A DNA stretch of 64,000 nt, taken from assembly GCA_004212155.1 (NCBI GenBank), contig RXIG01000015.1, positions 9,486 to 73,485 of the forward strand, read 5' to 3'. The translations under genes and the position numbers were made by a program. This stretch comes from an archaeon (lineage in GTDB: Archaea; Methanobacteriota_B; Thermococci; Methanofastidiosales; NM3). Positions 9,338-17,940 of this stretch are shown here, in pieces. The stretch's first letter is position 1. Each line of letters begins with the position of its first letter. The notes below the pieces were generated by a model. That model saw only the letters and a program-made list of their open reading frames with translations. It was not told the DNA's origin and ran no database searches.

Positions 9338-10552
9338 TGAGAGATAGGCGCATTGCTCCTCATCCAGCTCGTCGATGGATATCGACGACGCCGAAAGGCG
9401 CATGCGTGCAACACGTTCGTCGATATCCTGCGGCACGCCGTAGACGCGCGGCTCGAGGTGATGGCCGAGGATATGGGTTGCACAGAGCAGCTGCAGGGCA
9501 AAGCTCATGTCCATGATCTCCGCGGGATGCCCGTCGGCGCATGCGAGATTTACAAGCCTTCCCTCTCCAAGGAGGTGGAGCCACGCATCACCGATGCGGT
9601 AGCTCATGATGTCCTTGCGAGAGAACCGTTGCTCCTCTGCAAGCTGTTCCAGCCCGACGACATCGACTTCAACGTTGAAATGTCCTGCGTTGGCAAGAAT
9701 CGCACCGTCCTTCATCGTTGTGAAATGGCGCTGGCGGATCACCTTGTTGCATCCCGTGGCCGTGACGAAGATGTCGCCGATTCGGGCCGCCTCGTCCATG
9801 GTCATGACCCGAAATCCGTCCATGTGGGCCTCGATGGCCTTGATGGGATCGACCTCGGTGACGACGACGTTGGCGCCCAGTCCCTTTGCGCGCATGGCAA
9901 TACCTCGCCCGCACCAGCCATATCCGGCCACCACGAACACCTTGCCTGCGATAATGAGATTGGTCGTGCGCATGATGCCGTCGAGTGTCGACTGCCCCGT
10001 GCCGTACCGGTTGTCAAATAGGTACTTGCACTTGGCGTTGTTGACGGCAAACGCAGGGAACTTCAAGCTTCCCTCGCGCTCCATGGCCCTGAGCCGGATG
10101 ACGCCTGTCGTCGTCTCCTCGCACAGGCCCTGCACGGACGGCAAGAGATCGTCGCGTTCGGTGTGTACGAGATGCGCCAGGTCCCCACCATCATCAATGA
10201 TGACCGACGGGCCTATGTCGAGGGTCTTGTTAAGATTCCGGTAGTACTCCTCGTCATCGATGCCGTAGCGCGCATTGACCGTGACGCCCCGCTCATGCAA
10301 GGCGTAGGCCACATCATCCTGTGTCGTTAGCGGGTTGCTTCCGCACAATGCTACCTGTGCGCCGCCCTTGTGGAGCACATAGGCCATGTAGGCTGTCTTG
10401 GCCTCGAGATGGAGACAGCACGAGACGGAGGCTCCCTCCAAGGGACGTTGAGAAGCAAACTGTTTTTCCAGGGCGGAGACGACAGGCATGTGGGATGCTG
10501 CCCACTGTATCTTGCGCTCGCCGGATTTCACGAGATCGTTTGAATCGCTCAT
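9317..10552 (-). CDS. ahcY: Adenosylhomocysteinase
   Basis: 411 aa with the full-length AHCY pattern (CLHLEAKTA..DDGGD..EETTTGV..NNAKCKYLFDNRYGTGQS..VAGYGWCGRG..VTEVDPI). Confidence 0.92.
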   Translation of the reverse strand: MSDSNDLVKSGERKIQWAASHMPVVSALEKQFASQRPLEGASVSCCLHLEAKTAYMAYVLHKGGAQVALCGSNPLTTQDDVAYALHERGVTVNARYGIDDEEYYRNLNKTLDIGPSVIIDDGGDLAHLVHTERDDLLPSVQGLCEETTTGVIRLRAMEREGSLKFPAFAVNNAKCKYLFDNRYGTGQSTLDGIMRTTNLIIAGKVFVVAGYGWCGRGIAMRAKGLGANVVVTEVDPIKAIEAHMDGFRVMTMDEAARIGDIFVTATGCNKVIRQRHFTTMKDGAILANAGHFNVEVDVVGLEQLAEEQRFSRKDIMSYRIGDAWLHLLGEGRLVNLACADGHPAEIMDMSFALQLLCATHILGHHLEPRVYGVPQDIDERVARMRLSASSISIDELDEEQCAYLSSWRHGT

Positions 10553-10663
10553 GAGAGAAACGACGACCTCATCATTTTTTAAGATTCCCTCGAAATCACG
10601 TTCTAGGGGAGAGAAATGATTCTTTGATCAACGATACGGGTCAAAACAGGGCTATCAGTAAAA

Positions 10664-10671
10664 TTTATAAA
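10664..10671 (+). promoter_or_regulatory. TATA-like box upstream of tRNA-Thr
   Basis: tttataaa is centred about 30 nt upstream of the tRNA 5' end. The same tttataaacaaaa string recurs upstream of tRNA-Glu. Confidence 0.5.
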
Positions 10672-10698
10672 CAAAAATGAATTGGTCTTCTACGTGTT

Positions 10699-10775
10699 GC
10701 CCCGATGGCTCAGCATGGTAGAGCGTCCGCTTGGTAAGCGGGAGGCCGCGGGTTCAAATCCCGCTCGGGGCTCCA
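10699..10775 (+). tRNA. tRNA-Thr (GGU), CCA encoded
   Basis: Hand-folded cloverleaf: acceptor GCCCCGA/TCGGGGC, anticodon arm TCCGC-TTGGTAA-GCGGG, T-loop GGTTCAAATCC, 3' TCCA. Confidence 0.9.
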
Positions 10776-10832
10776 TGTCATGCGCAAAAAGAGAAAACTT
10801 TTTAACGTATACGCGATAAAAAGCAGTGAAAT

Positions 10833-10910
10833 GGCCCGATCGCCAAGTCTGGGAAGGCGCTAGACTGAAGATCTAGTATTTCGCCGGTTCAAATCCGGCT
10901 CGGGCCACCA
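10833..10910 (+). tRNA. tRNA-Phe (GAA), G37, CCA encoded
   Basis: Acceptor GGCCCGA/TCGGGCC, anticodon arm CTAGA-CTGAAGA-TCTAG, T arm GCCGG-TTCAAAT-CCGGC. The variable loop looks 6 nt, which is slightly unusual. Confidence 0.8.
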
Positions 10911-11010
10911 CCCTCTTTTCTTCACGCTCCTTTTTTGCTTAGAATCACAGTTTGTAAGCATTTTTAGAGAAATGTATTTATACAGCCTTTAAGGAAAGTT
11001 AAACGATAAT

Positions 11011-12831
11011 ATGCCCCATAGCGCAAAAAAAACCTTGCCCATTTTTCTAATCTTGCTCGCTCTAATAATATTGCCATATCAGTTCAATTTTAGCTATGAG
11101 GCACTATACACTGATGCGCTTACCTTCGGTCTGCCATTTTTCATGTTTATAGCAGGGTACGTCGTCATCGTCAACTACTCCGTCAGGGCACTGAAACGTT
11201 CGATGGGCATACTCGTGTTCGCGCCCATACCTTGGGCACTGGCAGAGGTGCTCTGGGCACTCACGAACAACGATGGGGAGGTCCTGGCCTACTCGCTCTC
11301 GTTCGATGTGTTCTACTTGCTCGGATTTGCGATCTTAGTCGTTGCGCTTGTGACGGCATATCCGGTCCTCCGACAGTATGTCAAGGCCCGGGCCCAGGCC
11401 ATCGCCCTCTGCATCACGATGATTGCGACAGTTGCGCTGGGGTACTACTTCCTCGGATACCGCGGTGAATCGATCGATGGACAGACCATGAGGATGACTG
11501 CCATCTACCTGGTCTTTGACTTGGCCGTGCTCTTCTTTGCCCTCAGCTACACGTGGGCAACGATCAAACACCGCCTCAGCCCGTTTTGGGCATGGCTTCT
11601 CGTCTTCACACTTGTGACCATTGCGGCTGACACGCTCTACGGCATTCGTGCGCTTGAGGGAACGTATGCGCCCTACGCGCTCCCCTCCATGCTCTTCAAC
11701 GCGGCCTATGCGGCCTTGCTCGTAGGGTTCCTATCGTTTGTCGATGTGCGCTCGGCACTTCTCAGAGACGTCGATGAACGCTATTACGAGATATTCAATC
11801 ACAGCGGTGCTCCGACGATAATGGCCGATGGCGCGCACAACGTGCTCCTCGCCAATCAGCAGTTCGAACAGATGACAGGATATGAGGAGAAGGAGGTAAC
11901 GGGCGAGATGAAGTGGCCCGAGCTCGTCGATGCAAAGGACCGAAAGTCGATACTGCTGCTGCTCAACCGTATGGAGAACGTCGGCACGAAAAAACCGCTC
12001 ACGCGCGAGCTCAATCTGCATACAAAGGACGGAAGCGCCCTGTGTAGCAGCGTCACGTTTAGCTTCATACCGGAGACCGACCTCATTGTGATCACGATCT
12101 TTGACCTCACGGAGAGGAAGAAGCTGGAAAACGAGCTCAAACGCATCAACGAGGACCTGCAAAACTTCACGTTTACCGTCTCGCACGACCTCAAGGAACC
12201 GCTTCGCAACATCTCATCGCTGGCAACATACCTCAAGCGCGACTACCAGGACAAGCTTGACGACATGGGCAACGAGTTCCTTGACATGCTCGTTAACTCT
12301 GTCTCCACGATGTCGCAGCTCGTCGACGACCTGCTGACGCTCTCACGCATAGGGCGCAAGAACGTCGACTTCTCGTTCGTCGACATCAACAATCTCATCA
12401 ACGAGGTGCTCGGCGACATACAAAACTACGTCAAGGAGCGAAATGCCGAGGTTCGCTACGAGAATCTGCCCAAGGCCATGGTGCAAAAGACATGGATTAA
12501 GCAGGTCTTTCAAAACCTTATAACTAATGGCATCAAGTTCAACGACTCCCCGCAGCCTACCGTCGACATCACCTATAAGGACCACAACTTCTTCTACGAG
12601 TTCATCGTGAGGGACAACGGCATCGGTATCCCGCAAGAGTACAAGGACAAGATATTCAAGCTCTTTGAGAGGTTGCACTCCACAGAGGAATACGGCGGTA
12701 CTGGCGCAGGACTGGCCATCGTGAAAAAGATCGTCAAGGAGCACAGGGGAGACATATGGGTGGAAAGTGAGGAGGGTTCTGGCTCCACGTTCCACTTCAC
12801 GATCGAGAAGTTCTTCATAGGGGGAGAATGA
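11011..12831 (+). CDS. Membrane sensor histidine kinase (multi-TM N-terminus, PAS, HisKA, HATPase_c)
   Basis: H-box FTVSHDLKEPLRNI, N-box QNLITNGIKFN, G-boxes VRDNGIGI and GGTGAGLAIVKKIV. The first ~250 aa contain about 7 hydrophobic helices. Confidence 0.88.
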   Translation: MPHSAKKTLPIFLILLALIILPYQFNFSYEALYTDALTFGLPFFMFIAGYVVIVNYSVRALKRSMGILVFAPIPWALAEVLWALTNNDGEVLAYSLSFDVFYLLGFAILVVALVTAYPVLRQYVKARAQAIALCITMIATVALGYYFLGYRGESIDGQTMRMTAIYLVFDLAVLFFALSYTWATIKHRLSPFWAWLLVFTLVTIAADTLYGIRALEGTYAPYALPSMLFNAAYAALLVGFLSFVDVRSALLRDVDERYYEIFNHSGAPTIMADGAHNVLLANQQFEQMTGYEEKEVTGEMKWPELVDAKDRKSILLLLNRMENVGTKKPLTRELNLHTKDGSALCSSVTFSFIPETDLIVITIFDLTERKKLENELKRINEDLQNFTFTVSHDLKEPLRNISSLATYLKRDYQDKLDDMGNEFLDMLVNSVSTMSQLVDDLLTLSRIGRKNVDFSFVDINNLINEVLGDIQNYVKERNAEVRYENLPKAMVQKTWIKQVFQNLITNGIKFNDSPQPTVDITYKDHNFFYEFIVRDNGIGIPQEYKDKIFKLFERLHSTEEYGGTGAGLAIVKKIVKEHRGDIWVESEEGSGSTFHFTIEKFFIGGE

Positions 12832-13271
12832 CTGTGATACGAAGAGGGATCCTCATCATCGAAGACAATATGACAGACGGGCTCGTGATCAAACGGACAC
12901 TGTCAAAACACCTTACAGACGACATAACGATCGTCCGTGATGGCATGCAGGCGATCAACGCGCTTTCGGAAAAGCTCAAGTCGCGCCCTTCAAAGGAGGA
13001 CGTCGTCATGCCACGCCTCATCACGCTCGACCTTAACATGCCGAAGATGAACGGGTTTGAGCTCCTCGACCGACTGAGGGAGCACGAGGACACGAAGTCG
13101 ATACCGATCATCGTACTCACGTCGTCGCAAATACCTGACGAGATCACTCGGGCCTACCAGATGGGCGTGAACAACTATGTGGTCAAGCCCACCGACCACG
13201 AGAAATTCGAGCAAACAATAGAACAGATCTACCACTACTGGTTCGAATTTTCCAGAATACCAGAGGATTGA
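12828..13271 (+). CDS. Single-domain response regulator (receiver only)
   Basis: ILIIEDNMTD..LITLDLNMPKMNGFE..IPIIVLTSS..YVVKP. Overlaps the kinase stop by 4 nt. Confidence 0.88.
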   Translation: MTVIRRGILIIEDNMTDGLVIKRTLSKHLTDDITIVRDGMQAINALSEKLKSRPSKEDVVMPRLITLDLNMPKMNGFELLDRLREHEDTKSIPIIVLTSSQIPDEITRAYQMGVNNYVVKPTDHEKFEQTIEQIYHYWFEFSRIPED

Positions 13272-13277
13272 TCCACT

Positions 13278-13958
13278 ATGGAAGAAAACACATCTGAAGG
13301 CCCTCACATCCTCTACATAGAGGACAACAAGGCCGACGTGGTAATAATGAAACGCGTTCTCGAGGAGATATTCCCCCAGGGATACTCGCTTGACACGACC
13401 CCCGTCGGTTCGACGGGACTGACCAAGCTCAAGACGAATTACTACGACTTTGCCATCCTTGACTACAAGCTGCCCAGGATGAACGGGCTTGAGATCTTGC
13501 AGAACATGAAAAATGAGGGCATCGACACTCCTGTCGTGGTGGTAACAGGACAGGGTGACGACGAGGTCGCCGTCAAGGCGCTTAAAAACGGTGCATATGA
13601 CTACCTGATCAAGGGCAAGCTCGACACCAAGGAGGCCAAGTTCTCCATACTCGAGCTGTGGAACCTCGTCAACTACATGAAACGTGATGCGAACATCGAG
13701 ATGTTTTCCAGCCTTACCCAAAAGCGCACCACGATCGATGTCATCGCGGACATCCTCCAAAGCGCCCTCAACGGCATAGGCAAGACGACGCTCGTCTTCA
13801 AATCGAACATGAACTTCAAGCGCATAGAGAAGTATCTCGTCTTCCTGCTGGCAAAGGGATTCCTCCGTCTCGACCAGGAGGAGAAGTACACGACGACCGA
13901 GGACGGAAAAAGGCTTTTGAAGGCAATAACGGAGCTCAAGGCACTCCTTAACAAGTAA
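13278..13958 (+). CDS. Response regulator with C-terminal winged-helix-like domain
   Basis: Receiver motifs (ILYIEDNKAD..ILDYKLPRMNG..PVVVVTGQGD..YDYLIKG), then IDVIADILQSALNGIGKTTLVFKSNMNFKRIEKYLVFLLAKGFL, an archaeal wHTH pattern. Confidence 0.8.
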   Translation: MEENTSEGPHILYIEDNKADVVIMKRVLEEIFPQGYSLDTTPVGSTGLTKLKTNYYDFAILDYKLPRMNGLEILQNMKNEGIDTPVVVVTGQGDDEVAVKALKNGAYDYLIKGKLDTKEAKFSILELWNLVNYMKRDANIEMFSSLTQKRTTIDVIADILQSALNGIGKTTLVFKSNMNFKRIEKYLVFLLAKGFLRLDQEEKYTTTEDGKRLLKAITELKALLNK

Positions 13959-13982
13959 CGCTAATCCCGCTCAGCAAGGGAT

Positions 13983-14160
13983 TGGTGGGGACGGCGGGAT
14001 TTGAACCCGAGTCCACGGGTTTCTCCGATTTTTCTCGCACAAAAGAATGTGCGTGCTCCATAGATTCGTCATCCATGGGCGACGCCCATGTCCGTAAACC
14101 CGTAGCAACGCTCAAATGATCTCTGGAGCCCATGATGATAGGCCTCTACACTACGTCCCC
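13983..14160 (-). tRNA. tRNA-Trp (CCA) with 102-nt intron at 37/38; CCA encoded
   Basis: Exon 1 is 14160..14123 (GGGGACG..ATGGG-CTCCAG) and exon 2 is 14020..13986 (A-CCCGT..TCGGG-TTCAAAT-CCCGC-CGTCCCC-A). A bulge-helix-bulge can be drawn: CUCC pairs with GGAG, flanked by AGA and AAA bulges. Confidence 0.88.
14021..14122 (-). ncRNA. tRNA-Trp intron with candidate C/D-box-like guide elements (degenerate boxes)
   Basis: The intron contains CUACGGGUUU, complementary to tRNA positions 36-45, followed after 1 nt by CGGA. It also has a GGAUGA box and UGGAGC complementary to positions 31-36, plus the central hairpin CATGGG-CGTCG-CCCATG. Confidence 0.5.
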
Positions 14161-14256
14161 ACGTGCAAGAATAAGAGAAAAAATAATGTTTTTAAAGCTT
14201 TCCCTTTGTGTGGCTTTGGTATGACACATGGGCCGATGGCCCATGTGATAGCACCA

Positions 14257-15207
14257 TCAGATACAGAGCTTTCCGGGGACCTTCGGGAAGAGCGCTGCGT
14301 CCTCGATGCGTTCAAACCCACATATGTACCGAACGAGGCGTTCCACACCGATGCCGAATCCCGACGATGGGGAGAGACCCTTTGATGCCATCTCGAGCAG
14401 GATCGAGAAGTCCTTGGTGTCCTGTTCCTTCTTGTGTATGCGCTCGACGATGCGGTCGTATTCGAACTCCCGCTCCCCGCCCGAGGACGCCTCGCCGAAT
14501 CCCTCCGGGTAGATGAGGTCCATGTCGCGCAGGATCCCCTCCTGCTCCGGGTCCTCGCGGTCGTAGAACTCCCTGTCGAGCAGAGGGATATCAACGATCC
14601 AGAACGGTTCGGTAGCCTCCTTTGAGAGCACCTCCTCGAAGTCGGGGCCATGCTCCTCCTTGGCCTGGGTATATGAGACGCGCTTGAACGGCTTCGAGGG
14701 GACCTTGATCTCCCTTCCAAAGAACCCAAGCTCTTCGGAGAGCGCCTCCTTGCAATACTGCATGAGTCCAACATACATCCTTTCCATTAAATCCATAGAC
14801 ACGTCCCTCGGCGCATCCTTGAGCTCGAGGTCGAGCTGCGTGAATTCGAACAGGTGACATCCGCTCTCGGCCTTGTCCTCGCATTCGAATCGAAGATTAG
14901 GTGAAAAGCAGAAAATCTTTTCTTGAGAGAGGAGGGCAAGCTGTTTGTGGAAGATCATCGACTTCGTCAGCTGGTATTTGTGGCCATAGCATGTCAACAC
15001 CGGATCGAGCGTTGGGTGGTTGAGGGGGTCTGTGAGGGGAGAGAGGATGACCGGTGGAATCTCCACGAATCCCTCCTTGAAGAGGTAGTCTCCCAAATAC
15101 CGCCTCACATGCGTGTGGACCTTCATTGCGGTTTGCATTTCCTTTGATGTCAGACGCGTGTAATGGTAATCCGCGACCTTTTCCTTGAGTTCATTAGTGA
15201 CCATCAT
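14257..15207 (-). CDS. asnA: Archaeal-type asparagine synthetase A (AsnRS catalytic-core paralog without anticodon-binding domain)
   Basis: Class-II aaRS motifs (ILSPLTDP, FCFSPNLRFE, FEFTQLD, GFGEASSGGEREFEY, GFGIGVERLVRY). It aligns along its whole length with the Pyrococcus AS-AR sequence as I recall it. Confidence 0.82.
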   Translation of the reverse strand: MMVTNELKEKVADYHYTRLTSKEMQTAMKVHTHVRRYLGDYLFKEGFVEIPPVILSPLTDPLNHPTLDPVLTCYGHKYQLTKSMIFHKQLALLSQEKIFCFSPNLRFECEDKAESGCHLFEFTQLDLELKDAPRDVSMDLMERMYVGLMQYCKEALSEELGFFGREIKVPSKPFKRVSYTQAKEEHGPDFEEVLSKEATEPFWIVDIPLLDREFYDREDPEQEGILRDMDLIYPEGFGEASSGGEREFEYDRIVERIHKKEQDTKDFSILLEMASKGLSPSSGFGIGVERLVRYICGFERIEDAALFPKVPGKLCI

Positions 15208-15312
15208 AAAATTGATGACGATGATGTGGATATATATAACTTTCGTCTTTCAATAAGTCATACTGTAATATAATAGTAAAATTTATATAGTCCATTACGA
15301 CAAAATGAAAGC

Positions 15313-15765
15313 ATGGAATCAAAACTTTACGACGAGAAGGACCTTCGCATACTAGAAGCGCTTAAAAAGGACGGCAGAAAGCCGACATCCAAGCTATCAA
15401 AGGAACTTGGAATACCCCGTGTTACCATCCATCAACGCATCAACAAGATGATCGCAAACGGGATCATCCGAAAGTTCACTGTCCGTCCCGACTATGGCAA
15501 GTTGAAAAAACCTGTTACAGCGTTCATACTCATATCATTTGTCTCCAATCCGCAGGTTAGCCAGCGCGAGCTTGCCTCGAAGATATCGCTCATGAGCGGC
15601 GTTGAGGAAGTATTTATCATCTCGGGCGAGTGGGATCTTTTGCTCAAGGTCCGGGCCGCATCCGCTGAAGAGGTCGGATCGCTCATCATCGACAAGTTGC
15701 GCACGTTCGAGGGAGTGGGAAAGGCAACGACCTGCATCAGCTTCAGTGCGGTAAAGGAGGAGTGA
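15313..15765 (+). CDS. Lrp/AsnC-family transcriptional regulator
   Basis: HTH (DLRILEALKKDGRKPTSKLSKELGIPRVTIHQRINKM) followed by a RAM domain. Divergent from the asnA-like gene. Confidence 0.9.
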   Translation: MESKLYDEKDLRILEALKKDGRKPTSKLSKELGIPRVTIHQRINKMIANGIIRKFTVRPDYGKLKKPVTAFILISFVSNPQVSQRELASKISLMSGVEEVFIISGEWDLLLKVRAASAEEVGSLIIDKLRTFEGVGKATTCISFSAVKEE

Positions 15766-16758
15766 TTAGTCCTCCAGCGCTGAATGGTAATAGAGTATGG
15801 GGTCGTCGATGACGAAAAACATCTTCTCCGCCGAATCGTAGATGACCCGCTTGTTTGTGTCGATGGCAAGGTCGACGAGATCCCCAAGGTATGAGACATA
15901 GACCATCTTCTCCCATTTTTCACCAGGATAGATACCCTGGCTGATCCACTCGTCATACTTGCCCATGTTGGCGGTGCCACCACCACTGGGACGGCGGCCA
16001 TGCCATGCTATGACGATGGCTGCGAGCACAAACGCCACGCATGCTGCCAGAGGCACGTAGATGTCTGAGAGCGTGTTTTGCACCTGTCGTTGTTCTGCCG
16101 TGTAGTAGTTTTTCGTGTCCGAGCTTGTCGCTGAGGACATGTCAAACGCATAATAGTCGGGACCAAACGTCACGGGAAGTGACATGTACGTATCTTCGGA
16201 TATCGTTGTCGAGGCAATCGAACCGTCGTAGACGAGGTGCGTCACTATCTCGCCCTCGCTGCGTCCCACAGACGCGCCAAGGCTATCACGAATCTCCATG
16301 ATGCGCGCGCGCAGCATTGCCGCATCAAGCACGAACGAATCGGAGATCGTCCCCTCGCCTTCCACGCTGCCTGAGCTTGACGACAGGGGGATGCGCTTGC
16401 TCCAGAACGCGACCCCGTCATCGTTTTGCTCCATGAGCATGAGGTATGTCTCCGTCGAGACGTCAGCAGAGGCATCACTCACTGTCGGTTCGAACATGAA
16501 CGAGAAGTCAACGGTAGCATTCGGCGATACGGCATAGAAGTAACCGGCCATGTCACTGAGTACGGTGCCCATATCATAGACGGGGTTCTCCTCGGTCACC
16601 GTTGCACTGATCGAATATGTGCCTGAGTACGTGTATCCGTAATCGACCGTTTTTACGGTCTCGGTATGATAATCGGTATATTCCCAATATGCCCAGCCGC
16701 ATGACCCGGCCAATCCGGCAATTGCAACGATAAGCAAGACCTTATGGAGCGCATTCAT
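15766..16758 (-). CDS. Membrane-anchored extracytoplasmic protein (DUF5305-like architecture)
   Basis: An N-terminal TM (LLIVAIAGLAGSCGWAYW), a ~260-aa beta-rich domain and a C-terminal TM (VPLAACVAFVLAAIVIAW). Lies immediately downstream of the signal peptidase. The family call is from recall only. Confidence 0.5.
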   Translation of the reverse strand: MNALHKVLLIVAIAGLAGSCGWAYWEYTDYHTETVKTVDYGYTYSGTYSISATVTEENPVYDMGTVLSDMAGYFYAVSPNATVDFSFMFEPTVSDASADVSTETYLMLMEQNDDGVAFWSKRIPLSSSSGSVEGEGTISDSFVLDAAMLRARIMEIRDSLGASVGRSEGEIVTHLVYDGSIASTTISEDTYMSLPVTFGPDYYAFDMSSATSSDTKNYYTAEQRQVQNTLSDIYVPLAACVAFVLAAIVIAWHGRRPSGGGTANMGKYDEWISQGIYPGEKWEKMVYVSYLGDLVDLAIDTNKRVIYDSAEKMFFVIDDPILYYHSALED

Positions 16759-16788
16759 GTGATCCCATCATATTCTAACATATTTATA

Positions 16789-17931
16789 TTAAAACGTTTT
16801 TATGTTTCGGCTGCGCGACCTCCCTCGTTCGGCCTTTCCCACCTCATTTCGAAGCACGAAAAGGATCGGCAGCGACAGGAGGATGGCAATGGCGTCGATA
16901 ACGATCAGCGGTGCGTAGGGATGAACGTCCCTGAGCGCGAACGTGACGTCATGAGGTAGTATGCCAAGGTAGACATCGATCGTCACGTATGCCTGGTAAT
17001 ACCCTGGAGAGGCGGGCGCATGCACCACGTACGGTATGCGTTTTGTCAGGCCCCCCTCGAGCACCATCGACTCGTCGGGAATGGAGACGATGCCCTGCTG
17101 TTCACGCGTATGGACGTAGACGGGTATGAATCCGCTATTGTGCACCGCAAGGTACTGTGTCACCGTTTCGCCGATGTGCACCGCGCGAGCGTTGGTCTGT
17201 CCTTCCGTCGCCACGATATCGATGCGGTTGTGCTGCGTCATCGACAGCATCGATACGGTCGTCGCCAGAACGATGAAGAGTATGAACGCGGCATAGATCG
17301 TATAGGGTGATCCTTTCTTCTTCACTTCCCGGGAGCGGGACCTTTTCCCAAGCCGCATGCGGGATGATGCGATGTCTGCCACGATGGCCACTATCGAAAG
17401 TATGATCAGTGCAAAGAGGACCTGGCCCAGTGGTCCATCCGGCCGCTCGAATCCGATAGCATTGAAAAAACGCCGGGTGACGGAATCAAGAGCACCGGAT
17501 ATGGCCTCGATGGCACTGCCAAGGCGCGGGATTGCCAGGACGCTTCCGCGCCACTGCACCACGCGTCCGGCTATCTGTTCGCGATTGACAAGCGGTTCGT
17601 TATGCGTCCCAGCCTGGTCGGTAAACGTGTTATTATCACCTTGTGTGACAAACCCCTGTGGCGTCTCGCCCACGATCCTATGGGTGACAAATTCATAGGG
17701 GAGGTTTTCCGCTCTGAACGTGATGACGTCGCCTACCGAATAATCATCAACGATCTGGGAGGGTATGATGAAAAAACCGTCGCCGGGACTGAGTTGGGGT
17801 TCCATCGACGCGGTCTGTACATACGCGACGCCTACGGGTTCGTTGACTAGACCGCCAATTATGATCGGGAAGAAAAGGAAGAGGACAACAAGGTAAACAG
17901 CTGATTCGATGAGCGTTCTCGTCTTCACCAT
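16789..17931 (-). CDS. Signal peptidase I, SipW/Sec11 (S26B) type, with long C-terminal TM plus beta-domain extension
   Basis: Ser box QTASMEPQLSPGD, His box FVTHRIVG and GDNN. After ~170 aa there are extra TM helices and a ~110-aa beta-rich domain. Confidence 0.8.
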   Translation of the reverse strand: MVKTRTLIESAVYLVVLFLFFPIIIGGLVNEPVGVAYVQTASMEPQLSPGDGFFIIPSQIVDDYSVGDVITFRAENLPYEFVTHRIVGETPQGFVTQGDNNTFTDQAGTHNEPLVNREQIAGRVVQWRGSVLAIPRLGSAIEAISGALDSVTRRFFNAIGFERPDGPLGQVLFALIILSIVAIVADIASSRMRLGKRSRSREVKKKGSPYTIYAAFILFIVLATTVSMLSMTQHNRIDIVATEGQTNARAVHIGETVTQYLAVHNSGFIPVYVHTREQQGIVSIPDESMVLEGGLTKRIPYVVHAPASPGYYQAYVTIDVYLGILPHDVTFALRDVHPYAPLIVIDAIAILLSLPILFVLRNEVGKAERGRSRSRNIKTF

Positions 17932-17940
17932 GATCCCCCG

